Notes under the pieces: generated by a model
Databases searched by the model: none
Seen by the model: only the letters and a program-made list of their open reading frames with translations
Told to the model about the DNA's origin: nothing
NCBI GenBank assembly: GCA_002499905.1
Contig: DANP01000020.1
Location: 186,054 to 250,053, forward strand
Length of the DNA stretch: 64,000 bases
Reading direction: 5' to 3'
DNA from: Methanolinea sp. UBA277
Lineage (GTDB): Archaea; Halobacteriota; Methanomicrobia; Methanomicrobiales; Methanospirillaceae
Position numbers and translations under genes: made by a program
Shown here: one piece after another, positions 48,692-58,445 of the stretch
How the letters are laid out: every line of letters starts with the position of its first letter
How positions within the stretch are numbered: position 1 is the stretch's first letter

Positions 48692-49831
48692 TTACCGGGA
48701 AGATTCTGAAAGGGCGCTGCCGATAACCCGTGCAGCCTGATCGATCTCTTGATCGGTGATAACCAGCGGCGGCACCATCCGCAGGTTGCCATCGGCCGCA
48801 CAGTTGACCAGCACCCCGTTCTCCGCACACTGCTTCTGGACGGCCGGACAGGAATCTCCGACTGAAATCCCGATCATGAGCCCTTTCTGCCGCGGCGTGA
48901 AGGCGATAAGGTGTTCTGCAAACCGGCGGCCTTTCCGCTCCACATCCGGGAGGACCTGCTCGATGACCCCGATGGTCGCGCTCGCCGCGGCACAGGCCAG
49001 CGGGCCGCCGGCAAACGTACTGCCATGCTCGCTCTTCCTGAACTCAAGCCCCTCGCGTGCAAGGAGGGCTCCCATGGGAAAACCGCTGGCAATCCCCTTG
49101 GCGAGGGTCACGATATCCGGCTGCACCCCGGTGTGCTGGATGGCCAGCCACGTCCCGGTCCGCCCCATGCCGGTCTGGACCTCGTCGGCGATCATGAGCG
49201 CCCCGGTGGCATTACACAGCTCGCGGATGCTCCGGATGAATTCCACCGGCGGAATGATGACCCCTGCCTCGCCCTGGATCGGCTCGACGAAGACCGCTGC
49301 AACGCTCTCATCCATGACCTTCTCAAGCCCGGCAGAATCGCCGTACTCGACGAAGGAACAGGCGGGTTCGAGGGGCTGGAAGGGTTCGCGGATCGCTGGT
49401 TTATGGGTGACCGAGAGCGACCCGAGCGTGCGGCCGTGGAACCCGTGGGTGAAGGCCACGAACCGCTTTCTCCCGGTCGCAAGGCGGGCGAGCTTGATGG
49501 CCCCGTCGTTGGCCTCTGCCCCTGAGTTTGCAAAGAATGCCTTATGCATACCGCAGATCTCTACGAGTTTCCGGGCCAGTTCGGCCTGCCCCGGTACGTA
49601 GTACAGGTTTGAGCAGTGAATCAGGCGCCCGGCCTGCTCACAGATCGCTTTCGTAACCAGGGGATGGCAGTGGCCGGTGCTGCAGACCGCAATCCCGGCG
49701 ACACAGTCTATGTACTCCTTCCCCTCTGCATCCCATACCTTCGACCCGAATCCCCGCTCGATCATGATCTCGCGGGAGAACGCAGGCATGTAGTACCGCG
49801 CCTCTAGCTCACGATAGTTCATATGATTCAT
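48692..49831 (-). CDS. argD: acetylornithine aminotransferase (class III; ArgD/LysJ type)
   Basis: 'STGHCHP', 'ADEVQTGMGRTG' and PLP-Lys 'DIVTLAKGIASGFPMG'. Confidence 0.9.
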   Translation of the reverse strand: MNHMNYRELEARYYMPAFSREIMIERGFGSKVWDAEGKEYIDCVAGIAVCSTGHCHPLVTKAICEQAGRLIHCSNLYYVPGQAELARKLVEICGMHKAFFANSGAEANDGAIKLARLATGRKRFVAFTHGFHGRTLGSLSVTHKPAIREPFQPLEPACSFVEYGDSAGLEKVMDESVAAVFVEPIQGEAGVIIPPVEFIRSIRELCNATGALMIADEVQTGMGRTGTWLAIQHTGVQPDIVTLAKGIASGFPMGALLAREGLEFRKSEHGSTFAGGPLACAAASATIGVIEQVLPDVERKGRRFAEHLIAFTPRQKGLMIGISVGDSCPAVQKQCAENGVLVNCAADGNLRMVPPLVITDQEIDQAARVIGSALSESSR

Positions 49832-49843
49832 TCTCTCCTCTGC

Positions 49844-50761
49844 TCATTCGTATTCGATCGTGGCCGGGGGCTTGGGGGTGATATCGTAGACCACCCGGGC
49901 AACGCTCGGGATCTCGGCGGTAATACGCGATGCAAGATGGGCAAGCATGTCATACGGGATCTCGAGGGGATCGGCGGTCATCCCGTCCCTTGAGTTGACC
50001 GCCCGGACGGCAACGATCCACCCGTGTATCCGGTTGTCCCCCTTCACACCGGTCCCGAGACCGAGCACCGCGGCAAAGCACTGCCAGGGGAGGTACAGGT
50101 CGACCAGCTCTTCCTCAACGATCGCGTTTGCCTCACGTACCACATCGATCTTCTCCCGGGTCACCTCCCCGATCACCCGGACGGCGAGGCCCGGACCCGG
50201 GAAGGGCATGCGGTGCTGGATCTCCGGGGGAAGGGCCAGCGCCCCGGCAACTTCCCGGACTTCGTCCTTGTACAGGTCCCGGAGAGGCTCGATCACCTTC
50301 GCAAACTGCATGTGGAGCGGCATGCCGCCCACGTTGTGGTGGCTCTTGATCCCGCCCTCGCTCTCGATACGGTCGGGGTATATAGTGCCCTGGAGCAGGT
50401 ACCGGGCCCCGGTTCTGGTGGCCTCCCGCTCGAAGACCCGGATGAACCGTTCTCCAATCACCTTCCGCTTCTGTTCGGGATCAACGATCCCGGAGAGCGC
50501 GGAGAGGAACTCCTCTTCCGCATGAACGATGTGGAGGTTCAGGTACCCGAACATCTGGGCGATACGTTCTGTCTCCCTCTTCCTCATCAGCCCGGTATCC
50601 ACGTAGATGGGGATGAGCCGGTCGCCGATGGCCCGGGCAGCAAGTGCAGCGCAGACCGAGCTGTCGACCCCGCCTGATAGGGCAATGACCACGTGGTGGG
50701 TTCCGGCCTCGCTCTGTATCTCCCCGATGGCTTCCCTGATGAACCGTTCCGTCTGTACCAT
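49844..50761 (-). CDS. guaA: GMP synthase subunit B (ATP pyrophosphatase)
   Basis: The ATG at 50761 gives '[12 protein letters not shown]'. PP-loop 'ALSGGVDSS' and C-terminus 'KPPATIEYE'. The track start at 50872 lies inside pyrG. Confidence 0.93.
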   Translation of the reverse strand: MVQTERFIREAIGEIQSEAGTHHVVIALSGGVDSSVCAALAARAIGDRLIPIYVDTGLMRKRETERIAQMFGYLNLHIVHAEEEFLSALSGIVDPEQKRKVIGERFIRVFEREATRTGARYLLQGTIYPDRIESEGGIKSHHNVGGMPLHMQFAKVIEPLRDLYKDEVREVAGALALPPEIQHRMPFPGPGLAVRVIGEVTREKIDVVREANAIVEEELVDLYLPWQCFAAVLGLGTGVKGDNRIHGWIVAVRAVNSRDGMTADPLEIPYDMLAHLASRITAEIPSVARVVYDITPKPPATIEYE

Positions 50762-50768
50762 ATTGTAC

Positions 50769-52349
50769 TTACCTCCTGCTCCTCCGTGCCCGGCATGCTT
50801 CCACAAATCCCCTGAACGGTGGTGATGGCCGGGTGGGGCGTGACCGGAACTCGGGGTGGAACTGGGTGGCAAGGAAGAAGGGATGGTCCGGGATCTCGCA
50901 GATCTCCATCCGGTTTTTCCACATCCCTGAAAAGATCATACCGCCTTTCTCTAGCTCGGAGATATACTCCGGGTTCACCTCATACCGGTGCCGGTGCCGT
51001 TCGATAATCTCCTTCTGCCCGTAGATCTGCATGGCCAGGGTATGCTCCTTCAGGGTGACAGGATAGTTTCCGAGGCGCATGGTCCCGCCGAGGTCGGTCA
51101 CCCCCTCCTGTTCGGGGAGGATGGCGATCACATGGCGTCCCTCGCCTATCTCGGCACTGGTCGCATCCTCCCACCCGAGCACGTGGCGCGAAAACTCTAC
51201 CACTGCGAGCTGGAACCCGAGGCAGAGCCCGAGCAGGGGGATCCCGCGGGTCCGGGCGTACTGAATCGCTCCGATCTTGCCCTCGAGACCCCGCTGGCCG
51301 AACCCGCCGGGAATCAGGATCCCGTCAACATCGGCAAGGTGCGATTCATCGTAGCGCTCGGCATCGAGCCAGGTTATCTTCACTTCGGTGGAGAGCGCCC
51401 GTCCCGCATGCTTGAGGGCCTCCTTGATGCTCAGGTAGACATCCTCAACCCCGTACTTGCTGACGATCCCCACCTGCACCCTGGAGGTGTACTCCCGGGA
51501 AACCAGGCTGTACCAGCTGGTGTCCGGCTTCTTCTCCCCGAGCCGGAGGTGCCTGAAGAGGACCTCGGCGATACCCTCTTTCTCCATCTCCATCGGAACC
51601 TGGTAGATATCGGGGACCGTTGCCGCACTGATGACGCCCTGCTGGGACAGGTCGCAGAAGGCCGAGATCTTCCGCTTGGTCTGGGAGCCGATGGGCCGCT
51701 CTCCCCTCCCGACGATGATATCGGCGTGCAGGCCAAGCTCACGGAGGGCCTTGACCGAGTGCTGGGTGGGCTTGGTCTTGAGATCCCCCATGGAGTCTTC
51801 CGGAAAAAGGGTGACATGGATCAGGACCGTATCCTCTTCCGGGAGCTCCCCGCGCATCTGGCGGACGGCCTCGAGGAATGGCATGCTCTCGATATCCCCG
51901 ACGGTTCCACCCACTTCTACCAGGCAGATGTCGGCCTTCCCGTTCCCGGATGTCGCGTCATGGGCCGCTGCCCTGATGCAGGACTTGATCTCCTCGGTGA
52001 TGTGGGGAATGATCTGGACCGTCTCCCCCAGATACTCCCCTTTCCGCTCCTTGTCGATCACGCTCCGGTAGATCTTGCCGGTGGTGAGATTGTGATCGGA
52101 GGTGAGGTCGATATCGAGGAACCGCTCGTAGTTGCCAAGATCAAGATCCACTTCTCCCCCGTCAGAGAGGACAAAGACCTCGCCATGCTGGCCGGGGTTC
52201 ATGGTTCCGGCATCGATGTTCAGGTAGGGATCGATCTTTACCGCAGTCACACCGTAGTCGCGGTTCTTGAGGATTCTTCCGATCGACGCGGCGGTGATTC
52301 CCTTGCCAAGGCCGCTCATCACCCCCCCGGTTACAAAGATGTATTTCAC
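50769..52349 (-). CDS. pyrG: CTP synthase
   Basis: '[16 protein letters not shown]', GATase Cys 'GLCLGFQ' and 'HRHRYEVN'. 526 aa. Confidence 0.97.
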   Translation of the reverse strand: MKYIFVTGGVMSGLGKGITAASIGRILKNRDYGVTAVKIDPYLNIDAGTMNPGQHGEVFVLSDGGEVDLDLGNYERFLDIDLTSDHNLTTGKIYRSVIDKERKGEYLGETVQIIPHITEEIKSCIRAAAHDATSGNGKADICLVEVGGTVGDIESMPFLEAVRQMRGELPEEDTVLIHVTLFPEDSMGDLKTKPTQHSVKALRELGLHADIIVGRGERPIGSQTKRKISAFCDLSQQGVISAATVPDIYQVPMEMEKEGIAEVLFRHLRLGEKKPDTSWYSLVSREYTSRVQVGIVSKYGVEDVYLSIKEALKHAGRALSTEVKITWLDAERYDESHLADVDGILIPGGFGQRGLEGKIGAIQYARTRGIPLLGLCLGFQLAVVEFSRHVLGWEDATSAEIGEGRHVIAILPEQEGVTDLGGTMRLGNYPVTLKEHTLAMQIYGQKEIIERHRHRYEVNPEYISELEKGGMIFSGMWKNRMEICEIPDHPFFLATQFHPEFRSRPTRPSPPFRGFVEACRARRSRR

Positions 52350-52443
52350 GAAGACTACCCACCCAGGCGCGAACCTGTTATCTGGTGTATCTATTCTACG
52401 CGGCTGGTGATAGTTTTTGTTCCATGCTCCCCCGAGAGGGGGG

Positions 52444-52854
52444 TCATCCTCTCGTCACGGCATAGGCGGCGGAACACCGGGCAAGGATCCTGTCCTCACC
52501 CTCACGGGTCACGTCCCCCTCGGCAAAGATGACCCTGCGCCCCCGTTTGACGACGGTTCCTGAGGCAATCAGCACTCCTCCCTGCGTCCCGGCAAGAAAG
52601 GACGTGGTCTCGGAGATGGTGGCAATACGCTCCCCGGGATCGAGCAGCGGGTAGATGGCAAGGACCATGGCTTCATCGGCGAGAGCGGTAAAGATTCCCC
52701 CCTGAAGCCATTCCTCGCCGTTCATCATGTCCTGCCGCACCGGCATCCTGATCTCGGCCGATCCTTTTCCGATGGCTCCCAGTTCAACTCCCATGAGGGT
52801 AAAGAATGGGTTTGCATCCCTCCCCTGCTCCCGTATACGCTCGATGTAGCTCAT
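52444..52854 (-). CDS. PaaI-type hotdog-fold thioesterase
   Basis: The ATG at 52854 gives '[10 protein letters not shown]'. '[19 protein letters not shown]' is typical of the PaaI/YdiI family. Confidence 0.75.
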   Translation of the reverse strand: MSYIERIREQGRDANPFFTLMGVELGAIGKGSAEIRMPVRQDMMNGEEWLQGGIFTALADEAMVLAIYPLLDPGERIATISETTSFLAGTQGGVLIASGTVVKRGRRVIFAEGDVTREGEDRILARCSAAYAVTRG

Positions 52855-52930
52855 GATTCCGAGATTCGGACTCTGCCGGCATAAGGGTGCCGGACATCCT
52901 TTTTTTTGTTCCGGAACCAAACATACTGGT

Positions 52931-53161
52931 ATGGATGTCGATGAGGAGAAGGAGCTGCTGAAAGACCTGATCTGGCTCAATGCCGTGATCGCCACCGAGC
53001 TCATCCAGATCACCGAGAATGTCTCTTCCATTCTCCGCCAGGGACCGCCCCCCGAATCCTGTCTTGTGGATCACAACCGGCTCAGGGAGCAGGCGCTGAC
53101 GATTGTCGAGAAGTACCGGGATGCACCAGCACTCAGGGAACACCTGCTCGGCCACCGATAA
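52931..53161 (+). CDS. small helical hypothetical protein (76 aa)
   Basis: The internal ATG of track ORF 52853-53161 gives 'MDVDEEKELLKDLIWLNAVIATELIQITENV..'. It lies 24 nt upstream of the GT2 gene. Confidence 0.45.
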   Translation: MDVDEEKELLKDLIWLNAVIATELIQITENVSSILRQGPPPESCLVDHNRLREQALTIVEKYRDAPALREHLLGHR

Positions 53162-53185
53162 CCGGAGAGGAGCCTGATTCCACAC

Positions 53186-53881
53186 GTGACACCCGCATAC
53201 AGTATCATCATCCCGGCCTACAACGAGGAGAACCGGATCCGGGGTCTCCTCGACCAGATGCCTGGCATGGCGGGCCAGTACATCGTTGTCTGTGACGGGA
53301 CTGATGCCACTCCCGGGATTGTTGTATCGTTCGCCCGGGCCCATCCCGATCTTGACCTGGTCTGCCTGACATACAACCGGAGGCTTGGGAAAGGGGGTGC
53401 GGTCAGGGAGGGGTTCGCCCATGCTGCCGGTCCCCTGGTCGGGTTCATGGATGCCGACGGGTCGACTTCCCTCTCCCAGATGGAAGATCTCATCGACAGT
53501 ATCAACGGTGCCGACGGCATCATCGGCTCGCGCTGGCTGCCGGGCTCCGTGATTCCGGTACAGCAGGGGATTGCACGGCGGCTCGAGAGCAGGGTGTTCA
53601 ACCTCCTGGTCCGTCTCCTCTTCTTGCTCTCGTTTTCAGATACGCAGTGCGGTGCAAAAGTATTTAAAAAATCAGCCATCGATGCTGTGGTAGATGATAT
53701 GGTCTCGACGGGATTCGAGTTTGACGTCGAGCTCCTGTGGCGGCTCTCCCGGAAGGGGTTCCTGGTCAGGGAGCACCCGATCACCTGGGAAAACCAGGGG
53801 GCATCACGAGTGAAAACGATGGATATCTTCCGGATGCTCGCCGCCCTCATCTCCCTTCGCCTTGGAGGGGCGGGGCGATGA
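53186..53881 (+). CDS. family-2 glycosyltransferase (dolichyl-phosphate hexose synthase-like)
   Basis: GTG start. 'SIIIPAYNEE', DxD 'FMDADGS' and 'DTQCGAKVF'. No C-terminal TM is visible apart from the hydrophobic tail 'IFRMLAALISL'. Confidence 0.88.
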   Translation: MTPAYSIIIPAYNEENRIRGLLDQMPGMAGQYIVVCDGTDATPGIVVSFARAHPDLDLVCLTYNRRLGKGGAVREGFAHAAGPLVGFMDADGSTSLSQMEDLIDSINGADGIIGSRWLPGSVIPVQQGIARRLESRVFNLLVRLLFLLSFSDTQCGAKVFKKSAIDAVVDDMVSTGFEFDVELLWRLSRKGFLVREHPITWENQGASRVKTMDIFRMLAALISLRLGGAGR

Positions 53882-55701
53882 CTGACGGGCGCTTCGAGGA
53901 GATCCGGCGCGAATCCTTCCGCCTCTACGAGGAGGGACGATATGCCGAATCGCTGGAACAGTGCCGTGCCGCCGGCACCGCCGCATCCGACCCGCAGCTG
54001 GCCATTCTTGCAGCCCGCAACCTCTTCAAGCTGGGCCGCTTCGATGAGGCGGAGGCGTATGTCCGGGATCTCATCCAGAAGATGCCGGACACCTCCTACC
54101 TCCACAGTTTCCTGGGACAGATCCTCGAGGAGCGGGGAGACGACACCGCGGTGTCCGAGCATGCACTGGCCGTTCTGCTGGACCCGACAAACCAGGAAGC
54201 CCTCCGGAGCTATGCCACGTACATGATGTCAAAGGGGGATCACCGGATGGCCGTTCCGGCCCTGAAGAAACTGGCTGCCCTGACCGGGCGGGAGGATGAC
54301 GCCCGGTGCCTGATCCGGGCGCTGACCGCGTCAGGCCAGGCCGCAGACGCGCTGTCCCTGTTTGGCAGGGACGTGAGGCGGCGGGAGGATGACCTGGACC
54401 ATATCTCCGCCCTGATGGGTGCCGGACGCTATCCGGAAGCCGCCCGTGAGGCGGCCGCGGCCTACCGGTCGTCCGGAAAGCTCCCGTTTGCCCGGATATA
54501 TCTCCGTGCCCGTGCCCTGAAGGACCCGGAAGCCGCGGCCCCGGAATACAAAGATTATTTCTCCATCCTCAAAGACCCTGGAATAGGTCTTGACTATGCA
54601 CTGCTGCTCCGGGCGCTCGGCAGACCGGGAGAGGCAATGGCCGTCTGCCGTGAGCTGCTTGATTCGGACCAGGGGGTTCCCGACTACGCCGTCCGCCTCC
54701 TGACCTGCCGGCTGAATGCCGATCTCAGTGAGAAGGAGCGGGCTTCGGGATGCTACGATCATCTCATCAGGGATGCACTGCAGAACCTCGACGATCCTGA
54801 ATTCCTCACGGACCTGCTCTCGGGATACCGGGAGTTTCTCCTCACCCACTACCCGGTACGGGATGCGGAGCGCCGGTTTCTTGAGATGGTATCCGCCAAC
54901 CCGCAGGTAGTTTGCCTGCTCGCCACGGCCCGCCTGTATGAGGATATCGGTGACCTCTCCGAAGCCCGTTCCTACTCATACCGGGCTTACCGGAGTGACT
55001 TCCTGCTGGGGGGGATGGCCTATGCCCGGTTCCTGGCCAGGCAGAACGAATTCCGGGAGAGCGAGAAGGTTCTCCTCTACGTGCTGAACAATGCAAAGCG
55101 GACCCGTGAGATTGAAACGGTTGCCGGGCTGATCCTGGATGACCAGTGGAAGCTCTACCGCAGAGCCCGTCTGCTTGAACGACTGGTCGCGATCCTCGAT
55201 CAGCGGATTTCCCTGCTGAGCTCGGACGGCCTTGAATACCTCGCTGTCGCCTGTCTCGTCTCCGCCAGCTCTGCCCGGCGGGAGAAGGACTACCTGCGGT
55301 GCAAGGAGTACTGCCTGCGGGGGCTTGATGCAGTCCCGGCGTTCTCGACCCATATCCGCCCGGGAGATTTCCTGGAGCTCATCCAGGGCTGCAAGGAGGA
55401 GGCGGTCTGTGACCCCCCGGTCATGAGGACGCGGGGTCAGGCAGAAGAGCCCGGACAGGAGTACACCCGGGCGGTCAGGGAGTTCATGGAAACCTGTGAC
55501 GATCAGGAACGCCGTATTCTCGAGTATCTGCTCGAGCACAACGAGGCGAGCGAGATCGAGCTTCGCCGCCTCCTGAACACGAGGAGGGTGGTCGGGATCA
55601 TGAACCGGATCATACAGAAGGCGGCCGCGTCAGGAATCGGAATCATTGAGAAGCGGGGAGTTGGAGAAGGAGGAGAGATCTATGCCTATATCGCAGGGTG
55701 A
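53878..55701 (+). CDS. TPR/helical-repeat protein with C-terminal wHTH-like domain (607 aa)
   Basis: The ATG at 53878 forms an ATGA overlap with the GT2 stop. The N-terminal half shows repeated 34-residue TPR-like units ('YEEGRYAESLEQCRAA', 'LGRFDEAEAYVRDLI', 'GDHRMAVPALKKLA'). The last ~70 aa, 'DDQERRILEYLLEHNEASEIELRRLLNTRRVVGIMNRIIQKAAASGIGIIEK', look like a winged helix. Confidence 0.85.
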   Translation: MTDGRFEEIRRESFRLYEEGRYAESLEQCRAAGTAASDPQLAILAARNLFKLGRFDEAEAYVRDLIQKMPDTSYLHSFLGQILEERGDDTAVSEHALAVLLDPTNQEALRSYATYMMSKGDHRMAVPALKKLAALTGREDDARCLIRALTASGQAADALSLFGRDVRRREDDLDHISALMGAGRYPEAAREAAAAYRSSGKLPFARIYLRARALKDPEAAAPEYKDYFSILKDPGIGLDYALLLRALGRPGEAMAVCRELLDSDQGVPDYAVRLLTCRLNADLSEKERASGCYDHLIRDALQNLDDPEFLTDLLSGYREFLLTHYPVRDAERRFLEMVSANPQVVCLLATARLYEDIGDLSEARSYSYRAYRSDFLLGGMAYARFLARQNEFRESEKVLLYVLNNAKRTREIETVAGLILDDQWKLYRRARLLERLVAILDQRISLLSSDGLEYLAVACLVSASSARREKDYLRCKEYCLRGLDAVPAFSTHIRPGDFLELIQGCKEEAVCDPPVMRTRGQAEEPGQEYTRAVREFMETCDDQERRILEYLLEHNEASEIELRRLLNTRRVVGIMNRIIQKAAASGIGIIEKRGVGEGGEIYAYIAG

Positions 55702-56983
55702 CGCAGCCGAGAAGAACAAGCTCGAGAGTATCAATATCATCAATGCCCTCAGGAGGGGGACCGTCCCGGCCGGGGGCCTCGAGCGGATCGCGGTCGGCAT
55801 CGGGATGGAAGAAGGGGTGATCGGTGCCCAGTTCGACTACGTCGCGAAGGGTGGCGGCGATCTCAAGTTCATCCGGGGGGATTACGGGAGCGGGAAAACA
55901 TTTCTTGTTGCCCGGGCACTCGAGATCGCCCGGGAGAAAGGATTTGTCACCGCCCACGTGGTCGTCTCCCCATCAGCACCGCTCTACCGGCAGAAGAATA
56001 TCTACCAGCAGATCTGTGCAAGCCTCCGGACCCGTGAAGAGGAGCACGCGGTCAAGGCGGTCATCGACACCTGGCTCTTCTCGATTGAGGAACGCCTGCT
56101 TCGGGTGAGCGACCAGCCTCTTGACGAGGAGAGCCTGGAGAAGGCGACCCTCAAGGAGATAGAGACGGCCCTTGCCGGTATCTCCGAGGTGAACTCTTCC
56201 CTCGCTGCGGCGCTACGGACCTACTACCGGGCCAACAATGCCGGTGACTTCCAGACCGCCCAGTCGGCCATCGGGTGGATCGGTGCAGAGCCGAACATCG
56301 GGCGGGAATTCAAGCAGAAGGCCGGGATCCGGGGGGATGTGGATGAGACCTATGCCCTCATCTTCCTCAAAGGCCTGGTCAGGATCATCGTTAATGCCGG
56401 GTATGCCGGCCTCGCGGTTGCCGTCGATGAGCTCGAGACCACCCAGGTCCTTCCGAGAAACCAGCGGGACAAGGCCTACAATACCCTCCGTCTCCTGATC
56501 GATTCGCTCGACCGCGGTGAGCTTCCGTACTGCTACTACCTCTTCACCGGAACCCCGGCATTCTTCGAAGGTCCCCGCGGGGTCCGCTCCCTCCCGTCCC
56601 TTGCCGACCGGATCGGGGTCGTCGAGACCGGGGAGTTCCGGAACCCCCGCCAGCCCCAGATCTTCCTGAACCGGTTCGATGCAAAGAAGCTCGAGCAGGT
56701 GGCCCAGAAAGTCATCCAGATCTACTCGGTGGCCTACACCGAGGTTGACCGCACCCGGATATCCCACCGGTTCATCAGGGCCATGATCGGGAAGGTGACC
56801 GGGAAGTTCGGCGGCAGGGTCGATGTCATCCCCCGGATTTTCTTAAAAGAGTTCGTGGATGTGATCGACAAGTGCGAGCTGTATGACGACTATGATCCCT
56901 GGGAGAGCTATCAGTTCGACACCCGCCACCTGAAAGGGGAACTCCGCGAGGAGGAGGAGGCGGTCATGGTGGTTGAGTTCTGA
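55682..56983 (+). CDS. P-loop ATPase, DUF2791 / BrxC-BrxD-type ATP-binding family (by recollection)
   Basis: The ATG at 55682 follows GGAGAAGGAGGAGAG and overlaps the TPR gene by 20 nt. N-terminal 'IINALRRGTVPAGGLERIAVG', Walker A 'GDYGSGKTF' and Walker B 'LAVAVDELE'. 433 aa. Confidence 0.8.
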   Translation: MPISQGDAAEKNKLESINIINALRRGTVPAGGLERIAVGIGMEEGVIGAQFDYVAKGGGDLKFIRGDYGSGKTFLVARALEIAREKGFVTAHVVVSPSAPLYRQKNIYQQICASLRTREEEHAVKAVIDTWLFSIEERLLRVSDQPLDEESLEKATLKEIETALAGISEVNSSLAAALRTYYRANNAGDFQTAQSAIGWIGAEPNIGREFKQKAGIRGDVDETYALIFLKGLVRIIVNAGYAGLAVAVDELETTQVLPRNQRDKAYNTLRLLIDSLDRGELPYCYYLFTGTPAFFEGPRGVRSLPSLADRIGVVETGEFRNPRQPQIFLNRFDAKKLEQVAQKVIQIYSVAYTEVDRTRISHRFIRAMIGKVTGKFGGRVDVIPRIFLKEFVDVIDKCELYDDYDPWESYQFDTRHLKGELREEEEAVMVVEF

Positions 56984-57012
56984 CTTGGTGCCTATCTGGA
57001 ACAGGTACGTTC

Positions 57013-57047
57013 TTTTTCCTGACCGGTTCAGAGTCCTTCTGAACTGG
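57013..57047 (+). terminator. T5 run plus 10-bp hairpin downstream of the ATPase gene
   Basis: TTTTT at 57013-57017. Hairpin CCGGTTCAGA-gtcct-TCTGAACTGG at 57023-57047 (one G-U pair). A T7 run follows at 57093-57099. Confidence 0.45.
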
Positions 57048-57117
57048 CGGAATTCCGGAGGTCCGCCGGAACGATCGGGCTACCGGTGAACATTTTTTTA
57101 CCATCATCTGGTATAAT

Positions 57118-57134
57118 CAGTTGTTATACAACTG
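57118..57134. promoter_or_regulatory. perfect 7-3-7 palindrome CAGTTGT-TAT-ACAACTG upstream of tupA
   Basis: Read directly. Related half-sites are CACTTGGTT (57140-57148) and ATCACTGGT (57169-57177). The half-site matches the CAGTTGGTT motif at 60460, 60489 and 61151. Confidence 0.55.
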
Positions 57135-57205
57135 TTTAACACTTGGTTAATGTTAAAAGGAAATATTCATCACTGGTTACAGGTAACGTGATAGTCGTGG
57201 TAGCG

Positions 57206-58153
57206 ATGAAAAAGACACATCAGGGTTTTATCCTGCTGACTATGGCGGCCATCGTGGTGATGGGCGTCTGGTTTGCCGGGTGCACCACCCCCACGACTCC
57301 TGCTCCCCCGGAGAAGGAGAAAGTACTGCTGGCAACGACCACCAGCCTGTATGACACCGGGCTGCTTGACTACCTCAAGCCGATGTTTGAGGAGCAGTAC
57401 AACGTCGATCTCCTGATCACCTCCCAGGGAACCGGGAAGGCTCTTGAGATCGCCAGCCGCGGCGATGCCGACGTCCTGGCCGTCCATTCCCCGGCCCAGG
57501 AAAAGACCTACATGGACTCGGGCAAGGGACTGAACCACCGGTGCTTTGCCTACAACTACTTCATCATCGTCGGCCCGGAGAGCGATCCGGCCGGAATCAG
57601 GGGGATGGAGCCGGTAGCGGCATTCACAAAGCTCTACGAGCTAGGCACGGCCGGTATTCCGGACGTGGTATTCATATCGCGCGGGGACAACTCGGGAACG
57701 CACTCGAAGGAGAAGTCCATCTGGGCAACGGCAGGCTACAACTACACGACTGATATCCAGAAGTCCGGTGCCTGGTATGTCGAAGCCGGAAGAGGTATGG
57801 GCGAGACCCTGCAGCTGGCAAACGAGAAGCAGGCGTATACCCTGTCTGATGAGGGTACCTACCTCGCTTACAAGGGTGACCTCGACCTTGTACCGGTCAT
57901 TGACCAGGGAGACATCCTGCTGAACGTGTACAGTGTCATTACCGTGTACAGCGACAAGTTCACTCCCGAGGAGATTGCCGCGGCCAACAACTTCGTTGAC
58001 TTTATGATCTCTCCTGAGGTGCAGGACACCATCGGCACGTTCGGTGTGGACAAGTACGGAAAGAACCTCTTTACCCCGATGAGCGGCCAGTGCAGTCAGT
58101 TCTCCTGCGACTGCACCAGTCCGGCCACGGAAACCGCACCGGCGGCTGCCTGA
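57206..58153 (+). CDS. tupA: tungstate ABC transporter substrate-binding protein TupA
   Basis: The ATG at 57206 gives 'MKKTHQGFILLTMAAIVVMGVWFAGC', a signal peptide with a lipobox-like Cys. TupA hallmarks 'LATTTSLYDTGLL', 'GTGKALEIASRGDADV' and 'ISRGDNSGTH'. Confidence 0.88.
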   Translation: MKKTHQGFILLTMAAIVVMGVWFAGCTTPTTPAPPEKEKVLLATTTSLYDTGLLDYLKPMFEEQYNVDLLITSQGTGKALEIASRGDADVLAVHSPAQEKTYMDSGKGLNHRCFAYNYFIIVGPESDPAGIRGMEPVAAFTKLYELGTAGIPDVVFISRGDNSGTHSKEKSIWATAGYNYTTDIQKSGAWYVEAGRGMGETLQLANEKQAYTLSDEGTYLAYKGDLDLVPVIDQGDILLNVYSVITVYSDKFTPEEIAAANNFVDFMISPEVQDTIGTFGVDKYGKNLFTPMSGQCSQFSCDCTSPATETAPAAA

Positions 58154-58166
58154 AATTCACAATCTC

Positions 58167-58172
58167 TTTTTT
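58167..58172 (+). terminator. T6 run 14 nt after the tupA stop
   Basis: 'ctcTTTTTTcc' read directly. Oligo-T is the usual archaeal termination signal. Confidence 0.5.
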
Positions 58173-58340
58173 CCAAACGGGGTCTCTGTATCACTCAGGA
58201 ACCGATTAGTCCCTGCCTGGGGATACGGCATTGTTCCTGCATCCCTTGGGGGCGCTGTGGTCATGGCCCGATCCCTCTAATTTACAATTTTTATTTAACT
58301 TATGCAAAAATTTAATATAATTTACAAACATATTCTGTCT

Positions 58341-58442
58341 GCCGCATGGAATGTAATGTAATGGGGGCATGCGGTCGTATCAATTCTGCATGATTCGGAG
58401 GCAGATGCCGGGGTGTTTCGGGCAACCCGTGTTCTGCCTCCG
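58341..58442. other. two stable hairpins between convergent genes
   Basis: H1: GCCGCATG..(19 nt)..CATGCGGT at 58341-58375. H2: CGGAGGCAGA..(inner 4-bp stem)..TCTGCCTCCG at 58396-58442, ending 4 nt from the stop of the MOT1-like gene. Confidence 0.6.
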
Positions 58443-58445
58443 CCT

